Assembly (NCBI GenBank): GCA_001872945.1
Contig: MNYC01000030.1
Location: 1-49,722 of the forward strand
Reading direction: 5' to 3'
Length of the DNA: 49,722 nt
Source: a bacterium CG2_30_37_16
Lineage (GTDB): Bacteria; Patescibacteriota; CPR2
Shown here: one piece after another, positions 24,272 to 33,943 of the stretch
How the letters are laid out: each line of letters begins with the position of its first letter
Position numbering within the stretch: position 1 is the first letter of the stretch
Made by a program: the position numbers and the translations under genes
Notes under the pieces: model-generated
Database searches by the model: none
Seen by the model: only the letters and a program-made list of their open reading frames with translations
What the model was told of the DNA's origin: nothing

Positions 24272-26848
24272 ATGACAATATTTAATAAATTATTTGGCGA
24301 CCCAAATGCCAAAGAAATAAAGCGTCTGCTTCCAACTGTCGATAAAATTAACTCATCAGAAGAGAAGTATAAGAAAATAAAAGATGGGGATTTAAAAAAT
24401 GAAACGGCTTCTTTTAAAGAACGCCTGAAAAAAGGCGAAAGTTTAGAAGACATATTGCCGGAAGCTTTTGGTTTAGTTAGAGAAGCCTCGAAAAGAACTC
24501 TTGGGCAAAGACATTACGATGTCCAGTTAATCGGAGGCATGGTCTTAAACCAAGGCAAAATTGCCGAGATGAAAACCGGCGAGGGCAAAACTTTAGTAGC
24601 TACACTCGCCTCTTACCTTAATGCCTTAGAGGGAAAAGGAGTGCACGTAGTTACTGTTAATGATTATCTGGCAAAAAGAGACACTGGCTGGAATGGCCGA
24701 ATATTTAAAGTTTTAGGGCTATCTATCGGATGTATAGTCCACGAACAGTCCTTAATATATGACGAGAGCTATGAAGATCCCAATGTAATCGACGAACGAA
24801 CGAAAAATCTGCGTCCGGTATCAAGAAAAGAAGCTTACGCAGCAGATGTTACATACGGCACAAATAATGAGTTTGGCTTCGATTACCTAAGAGACAATAT
24901 GGTTCAAAATACAGGGCAAATGGTTCAGCGCGAACTAAATTTTGCAATAGTTGACGAAGTTGACTCAATTTTAATTGACGAAGCAAGAACACCGCTTATT
25001 ATTTCGGCTCCAGCAGAACAGGCAACTGATAAATATTATGAATTTTCAAAAATGGTCAGACAGTTAAAGCCCACAGACGATTATAAAATTGATGAAAAAA
25101 TGAGAGCAGTTTCCTTGTCCGATGACGGTATTACTAAATTGGAAAAAATGCTTGGAGTAGAAAATATTTACGAAAGCCACGGCATTGAAACCGTTCATCA
25201 TATCGAGCAAGCCTTAAGGGCGGAAGCTTTATACAAAAAGGATAAAGACTACATTGAGAAGAATGGTGAAATAATTATTGTTGACGAATTTACTGGACGT
25301 TTAATGTTTGGCCGAAGATACTCGGAAGGTCTTCATCAAGCAATCGAAGCTAAGGAAGGAGTAAAAATTCAGCAGGAAAGTCTAACCTTGGCCACCATTT
25401 CTTTTCAGAATTATTTCAGAATGTACAATAAATTATCGGGTATGACCGGTACTGCCGCAACCGAAGCTGAAGAATTTGCCAAGATTTACAAACTTGATGT
25501 CATAATTGTGCCTACAAATAAAAATATGATTAGAAAAGATTTAAACGATAGGATATACAAAAATAAACTATGTAAATTCAATGCTGTAGTTGAGGATATT
25601 AAGGAAAGAAATAAGAAAGGACAGCCGGTATTGGTTGGCACAATTTCTATCGAGGATAATGAACTTTTATCAAGTCTTCTATCGAAGGCCGGCATTAAAC
25701 ACGAACTTCTTAACGCCAAAAACCACGAGAGGGAAGCACTGATAATTTCCGAAGCCGGCAAAAAAGGCGCCGTTACGGTTGCCACCAATATGGCTGGCCG
25801 TGGAACCGACATTGTGCTTGAAAAGGGAGTCTCGGCTCTTGGCGGCCTTGCCGTCATCGGAACCGAACGCCATGAATCCAGAAGAATCGACAATCAGTTA
25901 AGAGGTCGTTCCGGAAGACAAGGCGACCCCGGATCTTCCCAATTTTATGTTTCCATGGAAGACGACTTAATGCGCATATTCGGATCCGAAAGAGTTGTTA
26001 GAATAATGGACTCCTTGGGACTTCCGGATAATCAACCCATTGAAAACAAAATGCTTTCCAAATCTTTAGAATCTGCCCAAAAGAAGGTTGAGGGTCATAA
26101 CTTTGACATTAGAAAGCACTTGGTTGAATACGACGATGTTATGAACAAGCATCGTGAATACACTTACACAAAACGCAAGGAAATCCTGGAATCTGAAGAT
26201 CTGAAGGATGAAGTTACGAAGATGATTCAAGGTGAGATAGATAATATTATTGACACTCACGAAAGCCTGACAGAGGATAAAGTTCAGGATAAAATTTTTG
26301 AATCTGTGAGCGGCATTTTAGAGTTGCCGGATTCCATAAAAAAAACAATCGAAAATGCATCTGGCAATCGGATAAAGGACATACTAAAGGAATTTGCCCT
26401 CGAATCTTATAAGAATAAAGAGAATGCACAAACTTCGGAATTAATGAGAATTCTAGAAAAGGCAGTGTACTTAAGAACTATTGACAGTCTTTGGATTGAC
26501 CACCTAGACGCCATGGACAGACTAAGAGAAGGGATAGGACTGAGGGGCTATGGCCAAAAAGATCCGTTGGTAGAATATAAAAATGAAGCTTACAATATGT
26601 TTCATACTTTTCTTGCAGCAATAGAATCTGAGGTGGTTTATACTATTTATAAAGTTGTGATTGAAAGAGAAGCTCCCGCAATTGCTACAGAGACAGAACT
26701 TACCAAAGCAGCTAAGAAATCGTCTGAAGGTAGGACAAAAGACGCGCCAAAACAAACGAAAAAGTTAAATAATGGGGAAAAAGTTGGCAGAAACGACCTT
26801 TGTCCTTGCGGAAGCGGTAAAAAATTTAAGAAATGCTGCGGTAAATAA
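24272..26848 (+). CDS. secA: Preprotein translocase ATPase SecA
   Basis: [13 protein letters not shown] (Walker A), [18 protein letters not shown] (DEAD-like), [10 protein letters not shown], and the C-terminal Zn finger [14 protein letters not shown]. Confidence 0.97.
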   Translation: MTIFNKLFGDPNAKEIKRLLPTVDKINSSEEKYKKIKDGDLKNETASFKERLKKGESLEDILPEAFGLVREASKRTLGQRHYDVQLIGGMVLNQGKIAEMKTGEGKTLVATLASYLNALEGKGVHVVTVNDYLAKRDTGWNGRIFKVLGLSIGCIVHEQSLIYDESYEDPNVIDERTKNLRPVSRKEAYAADVTYGTNNEFGFDYLRDNMVQNTGQMVQRELNFAIVDEVDSILIDEARTPLIISAPAEQATDKYYEFSKMVRQLKPTDDYKIDEKMRAVSLSDDGITKLEKMLGVENIYESHGIETVHHIEQALRAEALYKKDKDYIEKNGEIIIVDEFTGRLMFGRRYSEGLHQAIEAKEGVKIQQESLTLATISFQNYFRMYNKLSGMTGTAATEAEEFAKIYKLDVIIVPTNKNMIRKDLNDRIYKNKLCKFNAVVEDIKERNKKGQPVLVGTISIEDNELLSSLLSKAGIKHELLNAKNHEREALIISEAGKKGAVTVATNMAGRGTDIVLEKGVSALGGLAVIGTERHESRRIDNQLRGRSGRQGDPGSSQFYVSMEDDLMRIFGSERVVRIMDSLGLPDNQPIENKMLSKSLESAQKKVEGHNFDIRKHLVEYDDVMNKHREYTYTKRKEILESEDLKDEVTKMIQGEIDNIIDTHESLTEDKVQDKIFESVSGILELPDSIKKTIENASGNRIKDILKEFALESYKNKENAQTSELMRILEKAVYLRTIDSLWIDHLDAMDRLREGIGLRGYGQKDPLVEYKNEAYNMFHTFLAAIESEVVYTIYKVVIEREAPAIATETELTKAAKKSSEGRTKDAPKQTKKLNNGEKVGRNDLCPCGSGKKFKKCCGK

Positions 26849-26919
26849 CAAGGCTTTCTTGACAATAAATTAAAAGTTTATTAACTTACTTATATAGGAT
26901 TTTTTAAAGGGAGGGGAAT

Positions 26920-28911
26920 TTGAAATTAAAATTCAAACTGCCTACTAATTGTGCGGGGCGCAAAAGGGGCATTTTAGGCTTATTTATTTTGAGTTTTGTT
27001 GGTGGACTACTCATTACTTCCTTTTTTATATTAAATACTGAAATTTCCACATCCGGAATCAAAAAATACGACCGACGGGTAAGTTTATTGGCTCAACCAA
27101 AAGCGGGCATTAAGAACACTGATGTTAAATATTTGCTTTCCGGTTTTAGCAATATTGATATTGGCAATCTAAATTCCGCCTATATTATTTCTCTACCTCA
27201 AAGTAAATATGACACCATAAGGACATCTCTGGAGTCGTCCAATTTTTTTGAAAACGTTAACCTTTACAGCGAAAATCCTAACGGTCCGATTGCCGGCACC
27301 GATAATACTGCAATAAACAGCAAGGGAAATCTTGTCTGGTATTTTTATTCCGACGTTAAAATAACAAATTCTATCCTTTTTTATGAACAAGAGTATTTAA
27401 GCCAAACACCGGCTGCCATTGCCGCAGCTATTCCGGATTCACCGGATTCTCTTAATTTCATAGACAATACAGGCAAATATGGGGACAAAGAAGCTGTAAT
27501 TAAGGAATATTTAAAATCTGCCTTGCTTTGGCGCCCTAGAGACATCGCCACTCTACACAACGTTGTAATTATAGAAGATGCGGCGCCTACATGGACGGGT
27601 GCAACTTTATTCTCATACACCAGTGATAATGGCGTAATATCTAACGTCGGTTCTACAATTTTTATCAATGCTTATCTTGCTAAAACCGATTACGATTTTA
27701 AAAATGTTTTTTCGCACGAATACGGCCATCATTTTACAATGTTTTACATTATGAATGACAAACAAATTTTATACGATAAACCATTACCCGCCCAGTATTA
27801 TCAGTTGCGTCCGTTAGACAGCTCAAAAATTAAATCCGACTATTCTGCCGGATGGAATTATTGTGATAAAGAAATAATCGCAGAAGATTATAAGTATTTG
27901 TTTTCTCCGTTTAAAGATCACGGCGCCGCTACTGTTGCCGGCTACCCCTCAGATCCGGCTAGTCGAAAGTGGATTTATGAGTTAACAGGTGAAACTTTTC
28001 CGGAAGATAAGGCTGCGCCAACATTAGAAGTTCTAAAACCGGCGCAAAATGAAGTCATTGCTGGATATTATACCTCACAAATTAGTGCAATTGATAATAC
28101 GGGAATTAAAAATGTAGATCTTTCACTTGATGGCGCCCTTAAATACTCTTCGAAAGCAGGAATATTCGACTACTATTTCAATACCGGGGACTATAAAAAC
28201 GGTCCGCATACATTTAGTGTTACGGCTTGCGACATTTACAACAATTGCGTATCAAAAAATGTTGATTTTGTTATCCACAATGATAACTCAGATGATACAC
28301 TACCTCCCGGCGTCGACATATTATTGCCGAACGATGGAGACATTATTACGGGAAAGATTGAAGTTAAGATTAAAGCTTGGGACAATTTCAAGCTAAGATC
28401 CGTTAATATTTATATTGATGATGTGGCTTTAGATATGAACCAAAAGAGGCCATTTACGGCAATTTTAGATACCAGAAAACTGGCTGATGGAATCCATGTA
28501 ATTAAAGCGGTTGCTGAGGACTTAAGGCATAATAAGGGTGAAGCTAAGATTACAATTACCACAAAAAACGGAGTTATTGACACTGAGGCTCCAAAGATAA
28601 CGGTAGAAAGTCCCGTGAAACAAAGCCATCACAAAAAAAGTTTTTACATACGGGCGACAGCAACCGATAACACTATGGTTACAAAAATGGAAGCTTACCT
28701 CGACGGCAAGCTAATTGTTAGTGCGAGTGGCGATAAGCTAAATATTAAAATTAAGCGAAAAATAATCAGCCTTGACCAAGAAAAACACGTTATATCCATA
28801 TTTGCCTATGACGCCAGTGGCAACAAGAGTTATGAGGAAATAGATTTTACAACTATTAAACATGACAATAAAAAAGATAACAATTTTGATAAAAATTGGG
28901 ACAAAGACTAA
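26920..28911 (+). CDS. Membrane-anchored extracytoplasmic protein with an HExxH motif and three C-terminal Ig-like repeats
   Basis: TTG start after AAGGGAGGGG, N-terminal TM segment (ILGLFILSFVGGLLITSFFIL), HEYGHH at 27715-27732, and three ~90-aa repeats (about 28012-28285, 28305-28570, 28580-28855) sharing the D-N-x-G/V..V..Y-DG pattern of bacterial Ig-like domains. Confidence 0.6.
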   Translation: MKLKFKLPTNCAGRKRGILGLFILSFVGGLLITSFFILNTEISTSGIKKYDRRVSLLAQPKAGIKNTDVKYLLSGFSNIDIGNLNSAYIISLPQSKYDTIRTSLESSNFFENVNLYSENPNGPIAGTDNTAINSKGNLVWYFYSDVKITNSILFYEQEYLSQTPAAIAAAIPDSPDSLNFIDNTGKYGDKEAVIKEYLKSALLWRPRDIATLHNVVIIEDAAPTWTGATLFSYTSDNGVISNVGSTIFINAYLAKTDYDFKNVFSHEYGHHFTMFYIMNDKQILYDKPLPAQYYQLRPLDSSKIKSDYSAGWNYCDKEIIAEDYKYLFSPFKDHGAATVAGYPSDPASRKWIYELTGETFPEDKAAPTLEVLKPAQNEVIAGYYTSQISAIDNTGIKNVDLSLDGALKYSSKAGIFDYYFNTGDYKNGPHTFSVTACDIYNNCVSKNVDFVIHNDNSDDTLPPGVDILLPNDGDIITGKIEVKIKAWDNFKLRSVNIYIDDVALDMNQKRPFTAILDTRKLADGIHVIKAVAEDLRHNKGEAKITITTKNGVIDTEAPKITVESPVKQSHHKKSFYIRATATDNTMVTKMEAYLDGKLIVSASGDKLNIKIKRKIISLDQEKHVISIFAYDASGNKSYEEIDFTTIKHDNKKDNNFDKNWDKD

Positions 28912-28922
28912 TTGGAGGGTTT

Positions 28923-30125
28923 ATGAAAAAAAGAAAACGAAATAATAAAAAAAGAGCGTTGTTCGTAGAAATTACTTACGTAGCTTGTTTAATAATGCTT
29001 TTTTCGCTATTCGCTTACGGTTACGTTTTGGGTTCAGTCGGCAGCAAAACGCTTTCAACTAACGATACAAACAGCTGTGGAACTTTTGTACCAAAAGTCA
29101 TATCGCCTTTAAACGGATCTACCACCACTGGAGAATATCAAGTAATTATTGATGAAATCCCTATGTACGTGGGACCCGGAGGTTATTCAAATGAAATTTC
29201 GTTTAAATATGACCTAAAAGACTCTAATAACAGCATTATTGGAAGCAATACGCCAGTTGCAAGTCCTGTTTTTAACAAGATCGATTCTGCTACAGGCATT
29301 AGTTTGGGTAGAGTAACTTTTAGCGCTAATAACCTCTCGGCTTATCCAGGTGGCCATTATTATGTTTCGCCATCAGGCATTTATTATTGCACAATAAATG
29401 GCGCTTCGACCCCAACCAGAATAAGCTGGCCGCTTTCGGATCAAACACAAAATTATTTGATAGTTCTTCAAAAATCAACGTCAATTCAGCCGACACCGAC
29501 ACCAACCAAAGCAACAGATAGCACAAACATGCATGTTACAATTCAACCCAGTGAAACAGCAAGTTCCACGCCAAGCCGAACAACAACCAAAGAACCTACG
29601 GCCTCACCTTCTCCAACTGAATCTCAAAAAACTATTGAGGTAAGGGATACGGTAACTGCTGCCGAGGTTGATAGCAGTGTAACCGTTAATACACCGATAA
29701 CCTCAACAGATATTAATAACAAAAAGGAATATATTTCTTTCTCCGGAAAAACCGATCCAAATGTGATAGTGGTACTATATATTTTCTCCGACCCTACCAT
29801 TGTTGAAGTTAGAACCGACAAAGAAGGTAACTGGAGATACGATTTAGACAAGAAAAAGGTAGCTCCGGGAAATCACCAAGTTTATGTTGCCGTTAAGGAT
29901 GAAGATGGTAAACTGGTAAAAAGAAGTAACCCAGTGGACTTTATAGTTGGCTCCGGCGAAGCAATTGCAGCTAGCGGCAATGAGAAAGCAAGCACCAATG
30001 CAGTACAAAAGAGTAACTCTATGTTATATTATGGTATTGGAGTTTTTGCCTTAATTACTCTCATTGTTTCGATATTTCTTTACATCTATGCGAAGAACCA
30101 CATAAAACGACCAAATGAACAATAA
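28923..30125 (+). CDS. Surface protein with N- and C-terminal TM segments, a Thr/Ser/Pro-rich linker and an Ig-like domain
   Basis: ATG 28923 follows GGAGGG (the track start 28896 is an upstream TTG). Linker QPTPTPTKATDS...TASPSPTESQ, Ig-like GKTDPNVIVVLYIFSDP...GNHQVYVAVKD, C-terminal TM segment YYGIGVFALITLIVSIFLYIY plus a basic tail. Confidence 0.55.
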   Translation: MKKRKRNNKKRALFVEITYVACLIMLFSLFAYGYVLGSVGSKTLSTNDTNSCGTFVPKVISPLNGSTTTGEYQVIIDEIPMYVGPGGYSNEISFKYDLKDSNNSIIGSNTPVASPVFNKIDSATGISLGRVTFSANNLSAYPGGHYYVSPSGIYYCTINGASTPTRISWPLSDQTQNYLIVLQKSTSIQPTPTPTKATDSTNMHVTIQPSETASSTPSRTTTKEPTASPSPTESQKTIEVRDTVTAAEVDSSVTVNTPITSTDINNKKEYISFSGKTDPNVIVVLYIFSDPTIVEVRTDKEGNWRYDLDKKKVAPGNHQVYVAVKDEDGKLVKRSNPVDFIVGSGEAIAASGNEKASTNAVQKSNSMLYYGIGVFALITLIVSIFLYIYAKNHIKRPNEQ

Positions 30126-31539
30126 TGGCAATAAGTATTTAAGTTTTCTAAATAATAATAGGCAAGTTATTTATAGCTTGTTTATTATTATTTTAATTCC
30201 GTTCATGATAGCCTTAAACACGTGGATAATTTTAAATCAGGAGCAATTTGACTTAGATGCGGCCCTGCGAGATAAGGCTATAATTGCCGCTCAAGGTCTT
30301 AATGCTTCAATTGTTGACGATCTAAATGACCCAAAAAAGATTCAAAGTAAAATTGACTTCTTCTTTAACATTACTAGCGAGGTCAAATATGTCGCCGTCA
30401 TTAATAAAATAGGAGATGATTTTAAGGTACTGGCCAGCATTAACAGCTCAGAGGTTGGTAGAAATATTGACGGACAAATGAGAACTCTCCTAGGCACTGC
30501 TTGGTTTGGCGACGGCGCCTTTGCCCAAGAAATAACATCGTCCGAAAATAAAAAATACGGCGACAAAAAAATAGCATACAACGAAAGATTATTTCAAATA
30601 ATAGTGCCACTTAAAAATGCTAAGGGCGATTATGTTTATTTGGCCAACATTTGGGTTTCGGCTGCCAGCACGGACTACATCAATCAACAAACCCTAATTA
30701 AAGCGTTCGTTGTTCTTATTGTAACCGTCATAATTGTTCTTATCTTAGTTATGAGCAATGCCCGCCTTTTTCAATATGCGGTACTTTTTCAGCGCCTTAA
30801 AGAAGTTGACCAAATGAAAGATGACTTTATTTCAACAACTTCACATGAATTAAAAACGCCGCTCACCCTAATTAAGGGTAATGTATCAATGATTATTGAA
30901 GACTATGATAAAATACCCAAAGCAGATCAAAAGAAGATGCTGGATCAAGTTTTTGATAATACTAACCGCTTAAATTCTTTAGTTTCCGACCTCTTGGATG
31001 TTTCAAGAATTGAACAAAATAGAATAAAATTGGAATTTGAACCAATTGATATTTTAGAAATGGTTAATAAAGTTTTTTCTCAGTATGAAGGGCAAGCAAA
31101 CGAAAAAGGCTTAAAACTTATTAAAAGCTTTAAAACCGAAAAAGCTGTTTCTTCTTTAGACAGAGCAAAATTTGAACAGATTTTGGTAAATTTGGTTGGT
31201 AACGCCATAAAATATACAAAAGATGGGGAAGTGGAATTAATTATCTCAAGTGATAATAAGGGAAATTCTATTTGCATTAGAGACACGGGGGTTGGCATGG
31301 ATGAGCAGGAAAGAAAAAATTTATTTTCCAAATTTTACCGCATTAGAAATAATGACACCGAAGCCATACCCGGAACCGGACTTGGGCTGTGGATTACAAA
31401 ACAGCTGATAGAAACCATGAAAGGTACCATTATGGTTGACAGCATAAAAGGAGTGGGTTCTCAGTTTACCGTAGTTTTTCCGTCAACTTCTAATATTGTA
31501 AAACCGGAATACAAAAAGGAGATCAAAGACTTAACCTAA
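30115..31539 (+). CDS. Sensor histidine kinase (two TM segments flanking a periplasmic-type sensor domain, HisKA plus HATPase_c)
   Basis: H-box STTSHELKTPLT, N-box LVGNAIKYT, G1 IRDTGVGMD, G2 GTGLGLWITKQLIE. It overlaps the previous gene by 11 nt. Confidence 0.88.
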   Translation: MNNNGNKYLSFLNNNRQVIYSLFIIILIPFMIALNTWIILNQEQFDLDAALRDKAIIAAQGLNASIVDDLNDPKKIQSKIDFFFNITSEVKYVAVINKIGDDFKVLASINSSEVGRNIDGQMRTLLGTAWFGDGAFAQEITSSENKKYGDKKIAYNERLFQIIVPLKNAKGDYVYLANIWVSAASTDYINQQTLIKAFVVLIVTVIIVLILVMSNARLFQYAVLFQRLKEVDQMKDDFISTTSHELKTPLTLIKGNVSMIIEDYDKIPKADQKKMLDQVFDNTNRLNSLVSDLLDVSRIEQNRIKLEFEPIDILEMVNKVFSQYEGQANEKGLKLIKSFKTEKAVSSLDRAKFEQILVNLVGNAIKYTKDGEVELIISSDNKGNSICIRDTGVGMDEQERKNLFSKFYRIRNNDTEAIPGTGLGLWITKQLIETMKGTIMVDSIKGVGSQFTVVFPSTSNIVKPEYKKEIKDLT

Positions 31540-31586
31540 GTCCACCATGCTTGTCATCAGTCTGATCCAGAACGGATAGAGGGGTA

Positions 31587-31628
31587 CGGTCTTAGCCAGA
31601 AAGACCGATATTGGGCATATGGTTTTTT
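31587..31628 (+). terminator. Possible terminator region after the kinase gene (two overlapping hairpins, the second followed by T6)
   Basis: CGGTCTT-agccaga-AAGACCG (31587-31607). A weaker CC(g)ATAT-tgggc-ATATGG (31605-31622) is followed by TTTTTT (31623-31628). Confidence 0.35.
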
Positions 31629-31672
31629 AAGAAGGGCGGAAGTAAGAGAAGGATAAATCAAGAAAAAAATTT

Positions 31673-31700
31673 TTGAATTTTTTATTTTTTGTGTCATAAT
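31673..31700 (+). promoter_or_regulatory. Putative promoter giving a leaderless yjbQ-family mRNA
   Basis: TTGAAT (31673-31678), 16-nt spacer, TGt+CATAAT (31692-31700). The ATG at 31708 is 8 nt after the -10 and has no SD. Confidence 0.5.
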
Positions 31701-31707
31701 AGATCTT

Positions 31708-32163
31708 ATGAAAATTAAGCAAACGATCCTAAAAATCTCAACTAAAAACAACCTGCAATTTGTAGACCTGACAAACGAAATCGAGAAATTTGTGTCAAAA
31801 AGCAAAATAAAATTCGGTCAACTTCTTGTTTATTCTAGGCACACGACACTTGCCATAAGGGTCAACGAGAAAGAAACCGGTATCTTCAATGATATGGAAG
31901 AATTCTTGAATAAATTACTTCCGAAAAATAGATATTACAGACATAATGATCTAGAAATTAGAACTGAAAATTTGGTCTGCTCACCGGAAACCGAGGAGTG
32001 TTTAAATGGTCATTCTCATTGTCGCCACTTCCTTCTGTCAACCAGCGAAACTATTCCAATTCAGGGCGGCACAATTGCTCTGGGAACGTGGCAGAAAGTA
32101 ATGGCCGTCGAACTTGATGGCCCCAGAAAACGAGAGATTCTTCTTCAATTGATTGGCGAGTAA
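31708..32163 (+). CDS. YjbQ/UPF0047 family protein (secondary thiamine-phosphate synthase family)
   Basis: LLVYSRHTTLAIRVNEKE..., NGHSHCRHFLLSTSETIPIQGGTIALGTWQKVMAVELDGPRKRE is a typical UPF0047 signature. Confidence 0.85.
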   Translation: MKIKQTILKISTKNNLQFVDLTNEIEKFVSKSKIKFGQLLVYSRHTTLAIRVNEKETGIFNDMEEFLNKLLPKNRYYRHNDLEIRTENLVCSPETEECLNGHSHCRHFLLSTSETIPIQGGTIALGTWQKVMAVELDGPRKREILLQLIGE

Positions 32164-32214
32164 AATAACATTGCCCTAACATAATTTTGCAACTATTATT
32201 AGATAAAGGAGGGA

Positions 32215-33393
32215 GTGGTTAAATCTCTTAAAGCTTTGTTAATTTGTATCTGTATTGGTTTAAATGCAAAAATCGCTTTTGCGGATTCTTTGTATATCCC
32301 CTATGATCATGGCTATACTAACACTTTAAATCTAATTGATTTTAATAATAAGCCTGAAAATATCAACGAAGGCATACTAATGCTAAAAGACGACCGAACA
32401 ACTCTGTCATCCGACAAATTTGTTAATTTTTTTGATTATCATATTAGTTCTAAAATAAAATTTGTAAATACAGAGCGATTCGGAGAATCAGGTTTCGATT
32501 TTTGGACAGCTGACGAAAAGAATTATTTTAGACTTTCCTTTAAACCTTCTGAATCAAAAATAATAATTTCTCAATTCATAGATGGCAAAATTAATATCTT
32601 GAAAACGAAATCCACAATATTGGAAATGAATAAGGAATATTTAATTTTGCTAACAGCGAAAAGGAACGGGGAAATGTATGTCCATGTAGATGGCTCCAGA
32701 ATTTTTTGGGACGATCAAGCCGATATAATAAAAACCGACCCAAAATACGGGAAAGGCGGCATTGCTTTTTTTTCTTATCTTGCCGAAACATCTTTTAACG
32801 GTTTAAAAATTTTGCCAAACGATCCGCCCTTTATTTCAGATATCGTCTATGAAACACAAGGAACTGGGGACGTTGTAATAAAGTTTAAATCAAGCTATCC
32901 TATTTTTGCTGAAGTTGTGTACGATAAGTCTTCCCATCAAAGTGATAATTTTGCCTCAACCTATAAATACAGAACTGGCACGTTCGAGCCGATTAGGGAT
33001 GGTAATATTTTGATACATAACTTATCGCCTTCCTCCATTTATTTCTTCCGGATTAAAGCGGTAAGCGAATTAACATCAATTTCTAATGAATTTACTATAA
33101 CAATGCCTGAAGTAAAAGGAGTTGAGTCTATCAAAAATGACACGCCATTTATTAAGTTTACTCTTTCAGTTATATCTTTTTTAGCAACTGCTGTCGGACT
33201 TATACTTTTTTTTAGAGCCCAAAAACAAGACTTACGGCCGGAAGCTGAACAATCATCTGATAATTCTTTAAAGACTATAGCCGAAGACCTGAAAAATGAT
33301 AGTCAATTAATTATTCAGGAATTATCGCACATGAAACAAATATCCAATAAAAGTAATAATAACTGGGATATTTTCAAAAAAAATAATGAGTAA
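32215..33393 (+). CDS. Exported protein with a jelly-roll (LamG/DUF1080-like) domain, an FN3-like domain, a TM segment and a cytoplasmic tail
   Basis: Signal peptide ending IAFA-DS, GGIAFFSYLAETSFNGLKIL (jelly-roll-like end), FN3-like LSPSSIYFFRIKAV, TM segment LSVISFLATAVGLILFF. The GTG start sits very close to the SD, so the start is uncertain. Confidence 0.55.
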   Translation: MVKSLKALLICICIGLNAKIAFADSLYIPYDHGYTNTLNLIDFNNKPENINEGILMLKDDRTTLSSDKFVNFFDYHISSKIKFVNTERFGESGFDFWTADEKNYFRLSFKPSESKIIISQFIDGKINILKTKSTILEMNKEYLILLTAKRNGEMYVHVDGSRIFWDDQADIIKTDPKYGKGGIAFFSYLAETSFNGLKILPNDPPFISDIVYETQGTGDVVIKFKSSYPIFAEVVYDKSSHQSDNFASTYKYRTGTFEPIRDGNILIHNLSPSSIYFFRIKAVSELTSISNEFTITMPEVKGVESIKNDTPFIKFTLSVISFLATAVGLILFFRAQKQDLRPEAEQSSDNSLKTIAEDLKNDSQLIIQELSHMKQISNKSNNNWDIFKKNNE

Positions 33394-33943
33394 AACAATT
33401 TACTTAGCCAGACATGGCGAAACTGAATACAATAGATTACAAAAAATTACCGGCCAGCTGGATATTCCGTTAAATGATGTTGGACTTGAACAGGCCATGA
33501 TGCTATCCCTTAGCCTTAAAGATATATATTTTGATGTAATTTACAGCTCTTCATTAAAAAGATGTCGTCAGACAGTTACGGAAGTCAAAAAATTTCATAA
33601 AGGGGTTCCAATTGTTTTCGATTCCAGACTAAAGGAATGCAATGCCGGCGTTATGGAAGGAGAGCCTTGTTCGGTAATGGCCGATTATACAGAGAAATTT
33701 ACCCCCAGAGGTGGCGAGTCATTCTATCATTTAAAAAGCAGGGTCCGGGATTTTTTAGCAGATCAAATCTATGCCAAGGATTTTGAGAATATCTTAGTTG
33801 TCTCTCACGGTGGACCAATAAAAGTAATTAGAAGTTTTTTTGAGAACACCGATACACTATCCGAGAAAGAGATGAGTATTAAAAATGCCAATTATTGGAT
33901 AATAAAAACCAATTTGAAAGAGTTAACTATCCATACAAGATAA
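33386..33943 (+). CDS. Histidine phosphatase family protein (phosphoglycerate mutase-like)
   Basis: IYLARHGETEYN (RHG motif), YSSSLKRCRQT, VVSHGGPI. Confidence 0.85.
   Translation: MSKTIYLARHGETEYNRLQKITGQLDIPLNDVGLEQAMMLSLSLKDIYFDVIYSSSLKRCRQTVTEVKKFHKGVPIVFDSRLKECNAGVMEGEPCSVMADYTEKFTPRGGESFYHLKSRVRDFLADQIYAKDFENILVVSHGGPIKVIRSFFENTDTLSEKEMSIKNANYWIIKTNLKELTIHTR

Noticed and set aside
25486-25893. Long antisense ORFs opposite well-supported genes. Examples are 25486..25893 (-) in secA, 43681..44049 (-) opposite the response regulator, 6720..7085 (-), 8765..9007 (+), 19058..19405 (-) and 35861..36256 (-).
   Set aside because: They are shadow ORFs on the opposite strand of genes with clear family signatures. 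They have no SD or start context and low-complexity or odd composition.
31541-31627. Possible TPP riboswitch upstream of the YjbQ (thiamine-phosphate synthase-like) gene, because of CTGATCCAGAACGG...GAGGGG.
   Set aside because: The hallmark CTGAGA and GGGGTGC elements are absent and the order of pieces is wrong on both strands. The best promoter for the gene lies downstream of this segment. It is more likely the kinase gene's terminator region.
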